NCBI RefSeq assembly: GCF_964213995.1
Contig: NC_135801.1
Location: forward strand, 117,614,001-117,678,000
Length of the DNA: 64,000 nucleotides
Origin: Mustelus asterias
Taxonomy: Eukaryota
Direction of reading: 5' to 3'
The notes below the pieces were generated by a model, which saw nothing but the letters and a program-made list of their open reading frames with translations, ran no database searches and had not been told where the DNA came from. Below, piece by piece: positions 11,341 to 24,269 of this stretch (position 1 is the stretch's first letter; each line of letters begins with the position of its first letter). Position numbers and translations under genes: made by a program.

Positions 11341-12542
11341 TAATCTAATACAGAGGAAAGGAATGAACAAGGGTCTCAGAGGCTCATAAGATTTCCTAAG
11401 AAGAAGAAGTCATTCCATTTTCTGCCTTGCTATGTGTTGACATCTGAGGTAGTCTTTGACATTGGAAATGGGCTCCAATGCACATGCTTTTGTTAGATTC
11501 CAATAGGGTTTGTGCATCAGCCTCTGAATGCCGAGGTGCTTCTTGGTCAGATAGGAATTGTGAAGTATGTTAGGGGAAGATATGTTCAGAGGTGTCAAAG
11601 AATGTGCTTTGCACAATGTGGAAAGGGAGGGGGACGTGCTGTAGCCAAGTATATGAGCATTGTTATAAAATGCTTATTGCTAGGAACAGATTGTGAGGAG
11701 TATGAGAAATTATCATGATGATTGTATCTTGGAATGTTTCCTTTGCTAAAACATGGTACCATAGAATATTTTTGGTGCAACATCATTGAGGAAACAAATT
11801 GGAATTAAGGAGGAGGGTTTTATGAGTGGTGAATAACTTAGCTAGAAAAGAGCCAACTGAGAAACAAAAGAGAAACCTAAACATTTCACCAAAAAGGAAG
11901 GAAATAAATTTGCTGGCAGTGATATTGGCAATGCTGAATGGACAAAACAGCCACACAAATCATAAAGTTATTTCAATATTATATGCTGAGTTTCTAAATG
12001 TTTCCAAGCAGGATACTTTGTTGCATTTCATTACATTTTCCCCTGTTTCCTCACAGCTATTGTGAACAGCATTTTAAAGACTGGGGAAGCTGAAGTAGAT
12101 GAACCACAGAAGCAGACGTTGGGATTACAATGCACAATTAAGTCATGCCCTTGATTGTAATGCAGGCAGTATGCCAGCTTCATGTTGCTTGCTCATTTCA
12201 ATGACTTCAAGATCCAGCCAGCCAGTGATAGTCATGCAGCAGGCATCAGGAGTGTGGCTTTCTATGAGGCAGGGGTCAAGTACAATGTCAGTGATAGCTC
12301 ATTGAAGGTCACACAGGAGTTCCATTGCAGAAGAGCCAAATGAGCATGTCAACAGGGCAGCCTTCATTAAAAAAACTGTCCCTACTTGCTTATGCACAAA
12401 ACAATGTTTGGTGTATTTTCAGGCCTACCAAAAAGCTGTCACCAACTTGACACAGGCTCAGTGTAGAGCACAGAGCTCAGCCCTCTTCACAGAATCTTTA
12501 TCATGCAGAAGGCCCTCTTCACAGAATCTTTATCATGCAGAA

Positions 12543-12875
12543 GGCGGCACGGTAGCACAGTGGTTAGCACTGCTGCTTCACAGCTCCAGGGTCCTGGGTT
12601 CGATTCCCGGCTCGGGTCACTGTCTGTGTGGAGTTTGCACATTCTCCTCGTGTCTGCGTGGGTTTCCTCCGGGTGCTCCGGTTTCCTCCCACAGTCCAAA
12701 GATGTGCGGGTTAGGTTGATTGGCCAGGTTAAAAATTGCCCCTTAGAGTCCTGGGATGCGTAGGTTAGAGGGATTAGCGGGTAAATATGTGGGGGTAGGG
12801 CCTGGGTGGGACTGTGGTCGGTGCAGACTCGATGGGCCGAATGGCCTCCTTCTGCACTGTAGGGTTTCTATGATT
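12543..12875 (+). mobile_element. HE1-like V-SINE, full length, CpG-rich (young)
   Basis: A box GTAGCACAGTGG, B box GGTTCGATTCC, V core, tail GACTCGATGGGCCGAATGGCCTCCTTCTGCACTGTAGGG. Confidence 0.95.
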
Positions 12876-12879
12876 TGGT

Positions 12880-14080
12880 CCATAGAGTCTACACTGGCTC
12901 TCTGAAAGAACATTCAATCTAATTCCAGTCCCCTGTCTTATCCCTATAATATTGCACATTCTTTCTTTACAGAAAGCAATCCAATTCCCTTTTGAATAGC
13001 TTGATCAAACTTACCACCACCAACCTCTCAGGAAACTTGCTCCAGACTTCAAATATCCTCTGGGTTAAAAGGATTTTCTTCACATCACTTTTACTCCTTT
13101 TGCCCATTATTTTGAATCTGTGCCCTCTAGTTTTTGATGGTCTCTTGAATGGGAGCAGTTTCTCACTATTTACCCTGTCCATACCCGTCAGGATCTTGAA
13201 CACTTCTATCAAGTCTTCTCTCAGCCTCCTTTTCTCCAAGGAAAATAGTTCCAAGCTCTACAAATCATCCTCATAGTTACAGTTCTTTATCACAGGAATC
13301 ATCCTTTGAATCACCCCCAATGTACTGTCTTCAATGCCTTCATATCATTTGACCTTTCTCAAGTATGACGCCCAGAACTAAAAGCAGTACTCCAGCTGAG
13401 GCCTAAGTAGTGTCTTAGACAAGTTCAGCATGACCTCCTTACTCTTGTACTCAGTGCCCCTATTAATAAAACAGAGGATACTATATGCTTTATTAACTGC
13501 TCTCTCAACATGCCCTGCTTCCTTCAAATACTTATGTACATATACACCGGGTCCCTTTGTTCCTGCACCTCCTTAAGAGTTTCTCCCTTTATTTTACCAT
13601 GTCTCTCTACATTCTTCCTGCCAAAATGAATCACCCACATTTCTCTGCATTGAACTTCATCTGCCACTTGCCTTCCCAATTCACCAACATGTCTATGCCC
13701 TTTTGAAGTTCAAGTCTATTCTCATCACTGTTGACAATGTGACCAATCTTTGTAAATCAGCAAATTTTGAAATCATGTCCTGAACACCACAGTCTAGGTC
13801 ATTAATATATATCAGGAAGAGCAAGGGTTAGTTGAACATGATTTTCCCTTAATGAATCCATGCTGACTTTCATTACTTATCCTGCACTTGTCTCAGTGAC
13901 TATTGATTTTATACTGAACTGAAGTTTCCAGAAGTTTTCCTACCATAGAAATAAAATCGACTGGTCTATAGTTCCTGGCATTATCCTTGCACCTCTTTCT
14001 GAACAAGGGTGGAACATTTATAATTCTTCAGTTCTCTGGCATCACCTCCACATCCAAGGAAGATTGGAAGATTGTCTGAT
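12880..14080 (-). mobile_element. Old CR1 LINE, ORF2 3' portion
   Basis: ORF 12967..13254 LFSLEKRRLREDLIEVFKIL...TRGHRFK; decayed RT upstream. Confidence 0.85.
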
Positions 14081-14129
14081 ATATCCTCCTTATTGGTTAA
14101 TACTTCGCTACTGAACAGTTTTACTCATT

Positions 14130-14390
14130 TCCACTCGGAATTTACCCTCAGGTTCTCATCTTCCTTCCCATCTAGTTTAAACCCTCCCCACCAGCACTAG
14201 CAAACCTCCCTGTTGAGGTGTCAACAATCCTTCTTGTACAGATCCCATCTGGCCCAGAACTGATCCCAAAGCCTCAGAAATCTGAAGCTCTCCCTCTTAC
14301 TCCACTTCTCCAACCACACATTGAACTGCTCAATCTTCCTATTCCTATGCTCACGTGGCATTGGGAGTAATCCTGAGATTACTGCTTAGC
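14130..14390 (-). mobile_element. CR1 ORF1 (SGNH esterase) C-terminal fragment
   Basis: Antisense reads like EGFRFLRLWDQFWARWDLYKK...VGRV, with the ORF1-end motif GGTTTAAACTAG. Confidence 0.55.
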
Positions 14391-14424
14391 ACAGAAGTTG
14401 CGGCCAACTCCCTTTTCGCACTAT

Positions 14425-14550
14425 AATAAGAGCAAAATACTACAGATTCAGAAAAACAAAAAATGCTGGAAAAACTTAGCAGATCTTTCAGAATCTGTGG
14501 AGAGAGAAAAAAAAGTAACATTGAGTCTAATGTGACTGTTCTTCAGAACT
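14425..14550 (-). mobile_element. Penelope-type terminal repeat fragment (decayed hammerhead unit)
   Basis: Minus strand AGTTCTGAAGAACAGTCACATTAGACTC...CTCTCCACAGATTCTG; same family as 38030, 45218 and 58735. Confidence 0.6.
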
Positions 14551-14709
14551 ATGTTGATCTGAACAAATCATTGTCACCTTAGCTGGCCACCACGTACCTT
14601 CTGTGGCATCATAGATGCTAGTTTGCTGTCTAAAGGTTTATTTATTTATGTGTCACAAGTAAGGCTTACATTAACACTGCAGTGAAGTTACTGTGAAATT
14701 CATATTTAG

Positions 14710-15048
14710 TGCACATCTCTAGTCGCCCTTGAACTGAATGGTTTGCTAGGCCGTTTCACAGGGCAGTTGAGAGTCAACCACATTGCTGTAGCTCTGGAGT
14801 CACATGTAGGCCAGACTAGGTAAGGACGGCAGGTTTCCTTCCCTAAAATACATGACTGAACCAGATGGGTTTTTCCAACAATTGGCAATGATTTCAAGGC
14901 CATCAGTAGATTCTTAATTCCAGATACTTTTTATTGAATACAAATTGCATCACCTGCTGTGGCAAGATTCAAACCTGGGTTCCCATAACATTAGCTGAGT
15001 TTCTGGATTAATGGCCTAGTGATAATACCACTAGGCCATCGCCTTCCC
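14710..15048 (-). mobile_element. tRNA-headed SINE family B
   Basis: A box TGGCCTAGTGG, B-box-like GGTTTGAATCT; body matches 6470-6704 and tail matches 10342 onward. Confidence 0.85.
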
Positions 15049-15199
15049 TATGAAATCTTTGGAATGTTTGTTTTGTGTTGGCTTTTATTTTGCGTTGTGG
15101 CCAAACAGACACTGTGATGGTCAGTGACAGAGGAAATGTATGGGACTGTTGGTGAATGGGGAATTGGGATTGTGGCCACTGGTGTCACACTTAAATGAG

Positions 15200-16300
15200 T
15201 ATTTCATGGACAGAATGGGAAGAAAGGGGCTGTCTAGACTGCCTCTGTCTCCTTCTTCCACCTCATACTCTTGCTCCTCAGCTGCTTGCCGGCCAGTTAG
15301 TTGCGACAGGCTGTTTCCACATGGTGACAATATTGTGAAGTGTGTTGCAGACCACCATGAATCTTGACCCTGCTCTTCTGGGTACTGAAGGGTTGCACGA
15401 GAGCAGTATAGGCAATGGAAGCATTGTTTCAACACACAATAATCTGCTGTATCACATTGCTTTCATTGTAAACAGGTTACACATGTGTGCGTGGGCTGTG
15501 CACTGGAGTCATCTGACTTGTTGCCAATGGATAACCCTTGTTGCCCAGTGGCTGCCTTTTGATTTGCTGCAATGGCTCAAATGCAGCTGACACTCTGGAC
15601 TGCCTCAGGATTGTCTGCTGCCAGGACACTAGGAATTAAGCTGCATGATTTGCAAACTATCAGCTGAACATAGGGGAAGTGGAATCACTTCCAGTATAGG
15701 GCAGAGTTGGCATACAACATCCACGAAGAAACATGCAGGCTGTTTATGGACTTGCATCACTAGAAAGCCTGCAATCCTGGCAAAGACACATGTTTGATTT
15801 GCTTGCTTTCTTCTGGCAAGAGAGAAAGAAAAGTAATTAGCTGTGATTACGTACGGAGCCTGTGTGACCTCCCATACTAAACAGTGGATGGCAAACTGCC
15901 CGAAGTTGCAGATATCTCCAGCTCCAATCTGGAAGGAGCTCAATGCATAATGTTCGCCACCATGGTCAATATTACAGCCACTGGTGCTTCCACTGCTCTG
16001 GGGATTGCAATTGTGGCTCCAGCAGGAGGTAGATTTCAGTGAGGACGTCCTTACTGAAGTGAGCTGTTCCACATACTTTGCCTCACTAAGGTTCATGTGG
16101 GACAATTATTCCCTAAGCATGTTGAGCGGATATGACCTCCTGCTAAGAGCCCTTCTCCTCCTCCTCCTCCTCCTCCTAAATCTTCCAGCTGCTCATCCTG
16201 CTCTGTGTGGCCTCTATTCATTCTCCCAGTCATGCTGTATTCCAAGGGGAATCCCTACTAGTATTCTGATTTCGAGGAGCAACTCATTTATGCAGAAGCC
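15200..16300 (-). pseudogene. Harbinger (HARBI1-like DDE) transposase remnant
   Basis: SSFQIGAGDICNFGQFAIH...FARIAGFLVMQ (ORF 15629..16105) and LKQCFHCLYCSRATLQY (15121..15435) match HARBI1-type motifs; frameshifted. Confidence 0.8.
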
Positions 16301-17140
16301 TTAAAATCAGTTCAACCACACCATTCCATGTAGACTTTGTCAACTATAAATAACTATAAGAAGGACCAAACAGTTAAAGAACAATAGCGACAGCTAGAAG
16401 AAATCAACTCGCAAACAACTTGTAAGTAAGTGATTATTCATTTAAATAGCACTAGTATGGGTGGGATAGGGGTGGGAGTGACGGGGATGGTCCTTTGTGC
16501 TGCTGAATGCATGTTTAGCTGTGCAAGGTTAATAAATGGCATTTGAGTTGGAGTGTTGAGCTCCAAAATGGCACTGCTGGCAATCTGCTTGCTTTGCATA
16601 GTTCGAGTGGCTAATCTGTGTGTGTGCGCTAACAACATTCCCAAATGGCATCCAGTGAGATAAATCCTGAAAATGCAAAGATGCAATATGGATGCCATTT
16701 AGCACTGAAAAAAATGAGCAAATGTTCCCAATTTCTCAACCTTGAATATTTTGTGCAACACAAAGTAACTTTTAGAAACACTAATTTTTAATGCTAAACT
16801 AGGAACAGTACACAAAATATCCCATCCGACAAATGATTTAATAACTTGCAGAAGCAAATATGTAAAGTATATGACAAACTCTTTTATGATTAAATATTTT
16901 TAAATTGAAATATGCTGCGATCATTTTTATGTGTAAGTAAACTTGCCATGTTTGAGAAAAAGTATCTACAATATTGTGCTGGTTAAGTTTTTCTTAATAT
17001 AATAATTATTCACTTTTCAGTGGTTTCAAGTATATTTTAGAAAGAAGAATTGGAGGTTTGTAAGTTCCAATGCCGAATGTTACATTTCCCTCCAGCAGTT
17101 ATTTGTTCATTACTGTGATTGTGTTGAGAAATGACTCTTT

Positions 17141-17265
17141 GGGCGGGATTTTACAGCTTCACTTGAGCGAGATTGGAAATTCCTGTCCAAGATCAACAGA
17201 GATTTCCATTGTTGGACCCTCGCCCACGCCGATTCCATGGCGGGTGAGGTGGTAGAGTTCCGGCC
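17141..17265 (+). mobile_element. ~125-bp MITE
   Basis: GGGCGGGATTTTAC...GTAGAGTTCCGGCC; TTT on both flanks (3-bp TSD). Confidence 0.8.
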
Positions 17266-17873
17266 TTTGTGTTTTTCATCCACTACATATTCATTATTGG
17301 ATTAAAATGTAATGCAATGTGTAAAGGCGTAATGAAATTCCTATTATCTGACCTGAATTTAAATTAAATTAAAAGCATACCATGGACTACACTTTCAAAT
17401 GTTAATAACTTGTCCTTATTAGGAGTTGGTCAGATCTCCATATGAGTGGTTCTGTGCTTAACACCAAAAACAATTACCATATAAAATTTAATACATGCGG
17501 AATGTATCCAAGTATGTATCACTAGTCTGACCACCTTGCTTGAATTATCTGTCTGATATTAGCCACCGGGGGGAAGATTTCCTCAGTTGGCTTTGTGTTA
17601 CAAGTCCATGGGGACAAACTCTCTTCCAGCTAGTAGCAGGAATTGTGCAAGAGTTCATTTTGGCCGCCCTTGCTCTCCAGTGAGTCGGTCCACAAAAATA
17701 TTTTCTCACAGGCAAAAATATGATTGACGCCAAGATACTTTATTATAGAGACTGTGTTGGAAAGTGACGGTAGATCTGTGGTTTTCAATCTACCACGTAA
17801 CTATGGAGCCCAATTGCGCAGCACATTAATGACAGTCAATGAGAAGTTTTATCATATCTGATTAATACAGTTC

Positions 17874-18237
17874 TTTTCTTTATTCATTTGTGGGACACAG
17901 GCGTCGTTAGCTGGCCAGCATTTATTGCTCATTCCTAGCTGCCCGAGAGCAGTTGAGAGTCAACCACATTGCTGTGGTTCTGGAGTCATATGTAGGCCAG
18001 ACCAGGTAAGGACGGCAGATTTCCTCCCCTGAAGGACATTTAGTGAACCTGATTAATTTTTATTTAGCAATCGACAATGGTTTTATGGTCACCAATTGAT
18101 TCTTAATTCCAGGTATTTGTTATTGAATTCAAATTCCACCACCTGCCATGGTGGGATTTGAACCCAGGTCCCTAGATAATTAGCAGAGTTTCTGGATTAA
18201 TAGTCTAACGATAATACCACTAGGCCATTGCCTCCCC
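17874..18237 (-). mobile_element. tRNA-headed SINE family B, full length
   Basis: Starts GGGGAGGCAATGGCCTAGTGG, B box GGTTCAAATCC, ends ...GTCCCACAAATGAATAAAG. Confidence 0.9.
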
Positions 18238-19859
18238 AATGTTAGAAATGTTAATGCTTGAGAACTCAAGAACCAATTTTGTGTAAGCTGAAATGACACT
18301 GCCAATATTTATCTTTCATCCAGTGAAATGTATGAATTTGGTTACAATAAATCAGATTGATGGAAATGGATTTACTTCTCATGTTCAAAGGCTTCTGGTT
18401 TGACAGTTACCAGTGCTTGAGTCTCATTTAAAAAAACCTTACATTTCATGTCCTTATTGACATATCATTTTATAATACACAAAAGGGCCTATACTATCAT
18501 GATGATATTGGTGGTGGTGGGAGGAGTTTTTTGTATGTATTGACAGGGCTAGATTGAACAAGGTAATTGTGGTATAAAGAGTTAACAGATCGGATATGCT
18601 AATATATGACAGAGATGATGATGTACCACTGGCACCAGTCAGTCAAGTGTTAGACTCTCAAGAGAGAGGATGGAATTATCCCAAGGAGTTACATGTGTAC
18701 TCTGTAACCTACTTAGATATAGTACCAATGTCTGCCTAAGAACCATGACTCACGCCTAGAGTCCAAGGCAGAAGGACATATCTCAGTAATCTTTGAGGAT
18801 TCAGAATAATACTCCCTGGATGTGTTAAAGGTGTCATAAGACACAGATCCAGTTGATAACTTTGGTCCCATCCTCGGTGAAAGTAAGGAAATCCTCGGTG
18901 AAAGTAAGGAAATCACTGGCCTAGCCAGAAAATACATGTGCCAACTGCATGTTGCTCCTATGTAATACATCTTAGGAGAAGTGTCATGTATCTTGTGCTG
19001 CTGCTTTGCAAGAGGCACAGAGATTTTAAAAAGTGACAGCTGTGATCACCTTAACAGTTGTGATGTCGCTATCCTTGATATTTTTTCAAAGTTTGGCTGC
19101 AGGAGATTGCAAAGTCCTGCCATAGTTTCTGAGGTAAATTCTAGGTTCCAGATGCAGATCTTTTTTGGACAGGCTGCAAGTACTATATGCACAGCTTCAC
19201 GTGGACATAGATGTCAAGGTAGGAAGACTCAAACTGGCTGATGTCAAGGTCTATTTCTTCACATTCAGGCTTCTTTGTAAAAAATCTCTCAGGAGCAGGT
19301 CTAAGTATCTGAAATTCAAGGGCAAGCGTTTATCTGTCCATTACCTGCAATGGAATCATAAATATGCATCTAAAGAGCTCATTTACAACTTCACCATGAA
19401 TATTTTCTCCCTGGAGTCCATTCAAACATCTATATACTATTTTCAGGAACAGAATGCTGGATTCAAGGACTCAAAAGTGAGCAAAAACATAATTAATTGA
19501 TGGCGTTTAATCTAAGACACCTTAGGAATAATTTGCAAATGTAAATATTTATTGATATACTAATGACAAATAATGGAAGAAATTCAATATTGCATGAAAG
19601 TCCTTTTTTATTTTTATTTGGACAGGCTGTTCAATTTTGACATATTAGATCCTTTAACATATTATTAACTTGGAACATCAATTGTCCATTTGTTGCTAAG
19701 ATATATGCAATGATGTTGCCTCGGTGAGTGAGCTGAACATACCACTCACCCAATATCCCCTTTAAACAATCTGTTAAATAGGTCTTGTGGATACCAACAA
19801 TACACAAGTGTATTTTTTCCCTTTTACGAATGGGAAAATACACGGAGATGTCAGATAGG

Positions 19860-20370
19860 TAAAGGCAAATCTGTTCTTTCATTGAGTTGTTATACTCTTT
19901 ACATTCTGATACAAACTCCCATCTGGAGTCTTGCATAAGGCTAAAACAATCCAGGTCAGTTGGGGAAAATGTTCTGGAAATATCCTTCCCTGAACCTTTA
20001 GGTGATCAAAACTAATCCAGGATCCTGACTTATATTACAGGGTACATAACTCATGTATGACATGGTATCCCTCTCAGCTGGAAACTGTTCCAGCCCTTTC
20101 AAAAAGGAAAGGAATCTATCAGCATTCACCACATAAGCCGGCAACCTGTTCCACAACTCTGCTATTCTACAGAAAAACAACAACCCGAAAATCCAATCTT
20201 GTTCTGCCTCTATGTCACTTGTAACTGGTTTCCCTAATCTAGCAAGTTGAAATCATTTGTCCACATAAACATAATACAGTCCTAGTCCCTTCATTATTTT
20301 TTTAACTCTATTTTGATCAAATTGCCGGAGTCTATGCTTTCTAACACATATGATCCCATCTGTACAGTCC
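19860..20370 (-). mobile_element. Old CR1 3' end with long 3' UTR
   Basis: FFCRIAELWNRLPAYVVNAD (ORF 19998..20183); UTR segment 19945-20030 resembles 8215-8300. Confidence 0.6.
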
Positions 20371-20469
20371 ATCAGGGTGACTGAAAGTGTTTGAAATTGG
20401 GCATCTCATGGCCCTTCACTGCACACATTCCAAAGTTTCAATATTATCCAACATGAAAGGGAACTAGTA

Positions 20470-20792
20470 GGGTGGCACGGTTTCATACTGGTTAGCACTG
20501 CTGCCTCACAGTGCCAGGGACCCGGGTTCAGTTCCCGGCTCGGGTCACTGTCTGTGAGGAGTTTGCACATTCTCCCTGTGTCTGTGTGGGTTCCCTCTGG
20601 GTGCTCCGGTTTCCTCCCACAGTCCAAAATGTGCAGGTTAGGTGCATTGGTCATGCTAAATTGCCTTTTAGTATCCCAGGATGCGTAAATTAGAGGGATT
20701 AGTGGGGTAAATATGTGGGCCTAGCTGGGATTGTTGTCGGTGCAGACTCGATGGGCTGAATGGCCTCCTTCTGCGCTGTATGGATTCTATTC
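20470..20792 (+). mobile_element. HE1-like V-SINE
   Basis: Head, V core and CR1-type tail as at 12543. Confidence 0.9.
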
Positions 20793-20869
20793 TTTAAGAG
20801 GCCTAATCATAGATCTTGTACTTGGAAGCTTGCTATCTTTTGCTTTGGAGTGAACTGTTCTTTGAAAAC

Positions 20870-21110
20870 AGCAGTGACATCAATTTGTTTTTGTAATGTG
20901 CCTTTAACATAGTAAAACCTTCCAAGTGACTTCATAGGAGGTTTATTGAACAAAATTTGACACTGGGCACATAAGGAGACCTTAGCTCAGTTGAACAAAT
21001 ACTTAGTTAAAGGGATATGCTCTAAAGAGTGTCTTAAAGGAGGAAAGCAAGGCAGAGGGTATTAGGGAGACAATTTCAGAATCCAGGATCTTGGCAGCTG
21101 GAACACGGTG
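20870..21110 (-). mobile_element. L2 LINE 3' end (old)
   Basis: Antisense of the L2 terminus seen at 48280-48372 (TTGG...TTTTACTATGTTAAAGGCAC). Confidence 0.6.
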
Positions 21111-21144
21111 CCCTGTCTGCTGTTATTTTAATTTAAATTCAGGT

Positions 21145-21360
21145 CTATGATTTCTATGATCCTTCTATACCCATTTTACCCATGTAAATGTCTAAATGCT
21201 TTTTAAAAGACAAAATTATACCCGCCTCTACTACTACTTCTGGCAGCTTGTTCCAGGCACTCACCACCCTCTGTGTGAAAAAAATTGCCCCTCTCTCCCC
21301 TCTCACCTTAAATCTATGCCCTCTAGTTTTAGACTCCCCTACCTTTGGGAAAAGATATTG
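21145..21360 (-). mobile_element. CR1 3' fragment
   Basis: LFPKVGESKTRGHRFKVRG...FFTQRVVSAWNKLPE. Confidence 0.85.
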
Positions 21361-21399
21361 ACTCACTGGAATGCTCTAACTTGCATGTGACTCATCCAA

Positions 21400-22139
21400 A
21401 CTGTCTGCAGCTGATCTGCCCCAACAAGGGAGAGCTCCATAAAAACCCCAAGGATGGACAGACAGGCAGGCAGTGCAGGAAGAAATGGCCTCCAGGAAGA
21501 CAGCTTCCCATTTTTCTGATGCTGATCTGAACAGGTTGCTGGAGTCGGTAGAGGCAAGGCGGGACACCCTCTTCCCCCAGCAGGACTTCCTCCCAGGGGA
21601 AGGGATGGAAACGCAGCCTGAGAGGCGGTGGCAGCATGTGTTAGTGCCAGGGCACTAGCCAGAACTGGAAAGTAGTGCCGCAAAGAATTGAATGACCTCA
21701 GCCGGGCAGCAAGGGTAAGTGTTTAACCAGATCCAACATCTTCCCCCTAAAGGATCCCCAGATCCCCCTATCCCCAGCACCCTGCATGCTTTCAACCAGA
21801 AACTCCCAAGCACCTCCCTCTTCACCCCCGAAGAGTATCATGATTTTTATACTTGAGGTGTTTTCTTGACCGATCCAGCTGCCATGAACGAGGTCGTTTA
21901 GGCAGGTGAGCTGGGACGATTGGGAGTGAAATTCACGAATTACATTGGGATGAATGCAAAAAAATGCAAATTGACGTTTCGCACATTTTGGGCAGGGTCT
22001 CAATTGTGTCAATTTTTTTTTCTTGGCAAAATGGGAATGGGCGTGAAAACGGGAGCCATTCCTGCTAGTTGCATCACGCCCGATTTTAAGACTGTTGTCC
22101 GCCACAAAACAAGCGTGATGAGGCCATAAAATTCTGCCC
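21400..22139 (+). mobile_element. Harbinger-derived element with Myb/SANT-like (trihelix) first-exon remnant at 21485-21714
   Basis: MASRKTASHFSDADLNRLLESVEARRDTLFP then, frameshifted, RTGK*CRKELNDLSRAAR followed by donor GTAAGT at 21715. Ends AAAATTCTGCCC (TIR-like). Confidence 0.75.
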
Positions 22140-23158
22140 TCTGTGTCTGAAGCTAGACTGCTAAGGGAGATTCAATTGAGTTTTCTACTGCAATAAAAAT
22201 CTCTACCTTCAGCTTCCAGACCTTTTCCCTTTGGAGCAGATCTGGTGAATTTTTGCGCCTTCAGTTTCTGTTGGGAGAATCTTTCAGGTCAGAATTTTTG
22301 TTGAAGTTTTTTCTTAGCTTTTTAGAACTCACTTTGCTTTGACATTTTGGTGAGGTTGAGGGTTTTTGATCCCCAGATACCACCCTGTTGAGAGAGTGTT
22401 GGTTACTGAACAGTATCTCTTTAAGAAGTAATTGTAGTCTTCAGTAGTCTTCAGAACTATTTACACATGTACAGTAAAGGGTAAAGGCTAGAAGCTATCT
22501 CCATGTTTATTTCTTAGGAATCTATATAGGAAGCGCTCAGATGGAAGATTATTTTTTTGAATAGATGCAAGGAAAACAGAGAAACTGAGAGAATGAAAGT
22601 AGAGATCTTGCAGGGAGAGAGGTGTGCGAAAGCATAGTCGAGGTAACCATGTGTGTTTGTGGGCTTATAGTGAATATTAATTGACTTTCTCTATTTCTGA
22701 AGATCGGTTGAGAAGGTAAGGAAGGAAAGAGTCAGAGATGGACCAAATGAAAGTGAGAGAAAGGAAAAAATTGGAAGCAAAGTTGATTATGTTTTCCAGT
22801 TCTACTTGAGAGCAGGAAATGGCAGTGATGCAGTCATCAGGGAAGGGGTCAGAATAGGACTTCATCAAGGAATGTTCCACATATCCCACAAAAAGGCAAA
22901 CATAACTGGGACTCATGCTGATATCATAGCAACATATTATATTTAGAGCGAGTGAGTGGAGTTGAAGGAGTAGTTGTTCAATGAGTGAACAAGTTCAGCC
23001 AAGGGACAAGGATGGAGACTGTTTGGGTGTCAATTCAAAGAAGAATTGGAGAGCTCTCTGATCATCCTTGAGGATGATCGCGGTGTAGAGGAATTGAACA
23101 TCCATGGTGAAAAGGAGACAGTTAAGGTCAGGAAACTGGAAACTGTTAGAGTGATGAA

Positions 23159-23285
23159 GGAGCGAATTTTATTGTTCCACCCAACACGGGAATTGTAGCG
23201 AGCGAGGGGCGGACCATGGAAAGGTCCTTTGACCTCGAGCGGGATTTTCTGGTTTCGGGATGAACGTGGCCGGAAAATCCCACCC
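23159..23285 (-). mobile_element. ~125-bp MITE
   Basis: TIR-like ends; GAA at 23156-23158 and 23286-23288 (3-bp TSD). Confidence 0.8.
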
Positions 23286-23349
23286 GAAGGATATTGTAAA
23301 TGTCATAGATATAGGCATGAAGATACTGGGCTAGAGGAGAAAAATAGAG

Positions 23350-23643
23350 TTGGGCACAACCTCAGGCTAAAGGGCCGATCCTTTAGAACAGAGATGAGGA
23401 GGAATTTCTTCAGCCAGAGAGTGGTAAATCTGTGGAACTCTTTGCCGCAGAAGGCTGTGGAGGCCAGGTCATTCAGTGTCTTTAAGATAGAGATAGATAG
23501 GTTCTTGATTAATAAGGGGATCAGGGGTTATGGGGAAAAGGCAGGAGAATGGGGATGAGAAAAATATCAGCCATGATTGAATGGCGGAGCAGACTCGATG
23601 GGCCGAGTGGCCTAATTCTGCTCCTATATCTTATGGTCTTATG
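23350..23643 (+). mobile_element. CR1 3' end
   Basis: GHNLRLKGRSFRTEMRRNFFSQRVVNLWNSLPQ; tail (TCTTATGG)n. Confidence 0.9.
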
Positions 23644-23691
23644 GAGGTAGGAAGAAATCCAAACAGTGAGGCAGGAACCGACTGAAGCAAA

Positions 23692-23816
23692 TGCCGGAAC
23701 TCTACCATCTTGCCCGCCATGGAATCAGAACCAGCAAGGGTCCGGCAACAGAAACCTCAGTTGACATCGGGCAGGAATTTCCAGTCTCGCTCGAGCGAGG
23801 CTGTAAAGTCCCGTCC
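23692..23816 (-). mobile_element. ~125-bp MITE
   Basis: Reverse complement is close to 17141-17265. Confidence 0.8.
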
Positions 23817-24269
23817 AAAGGGTCTACAAGGACAGTCCTGTTTTTGGATGTTAGGAAGGTGATGGACGTGGGCTGTTTGGGGTTGGGGACTAAGAGGGTG
23901 CAGACTGTGGAGGGACAATCTCCAGAAGGGATATAGTCAGTGAAGAGGAACACAATACATGAAAAAGCTTCAAAGTAGAGATCTAAGTATCTCTTTAGCC
24001 CTCTTATTAGATGGAGTTTGTTTTTTCATTTCCTTTTTAGATCTTCTTATGCCAAAATCTTGCTGTCATTCACGCTGGCAGCATGTTATGGTCCTGCCGA
24101 CGGCACGCTCTGCCATGGGTTTCCTGGTCGTGAGGGTCGTGTTCAACAGGAAACCCCATTGACAACGGCAGGACCATAATATCCCGCCACCATCCTACTA
24201 CTGCTAATCACACTGCAGAGAGGGAGAAAAATCCTACCTGTGGTGTCTTTTCTGAGCTTGAGACTCTAT

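Larger units (their letters stand above)
22560..23950 (-). mobile_element. Penelope-like element RT remnant, interrupted by two MITEs and a CR1 end
   Basis: MSPSYVCLFVGYVEHSL...DDCITAISCSQVELENIINFASNF...LTFIWSISDSFLPYL, typical of PLE RT domains 4-7. Confidence 0.8.

Noticed and set aside
12543-12620. tRNA genes at SINE heads (also 18160-18237, 43356-43440)
   Set aside because: A and B boxes are present but continue into SINE bodies; no convincing cloverleaf or terminator.
15011-15039. Strong hairpin ATGGCCTAGTG...CACTAGGCCAT as terminator or miRNA
   Set aside because: It is the self-complementary head of SINE family B.
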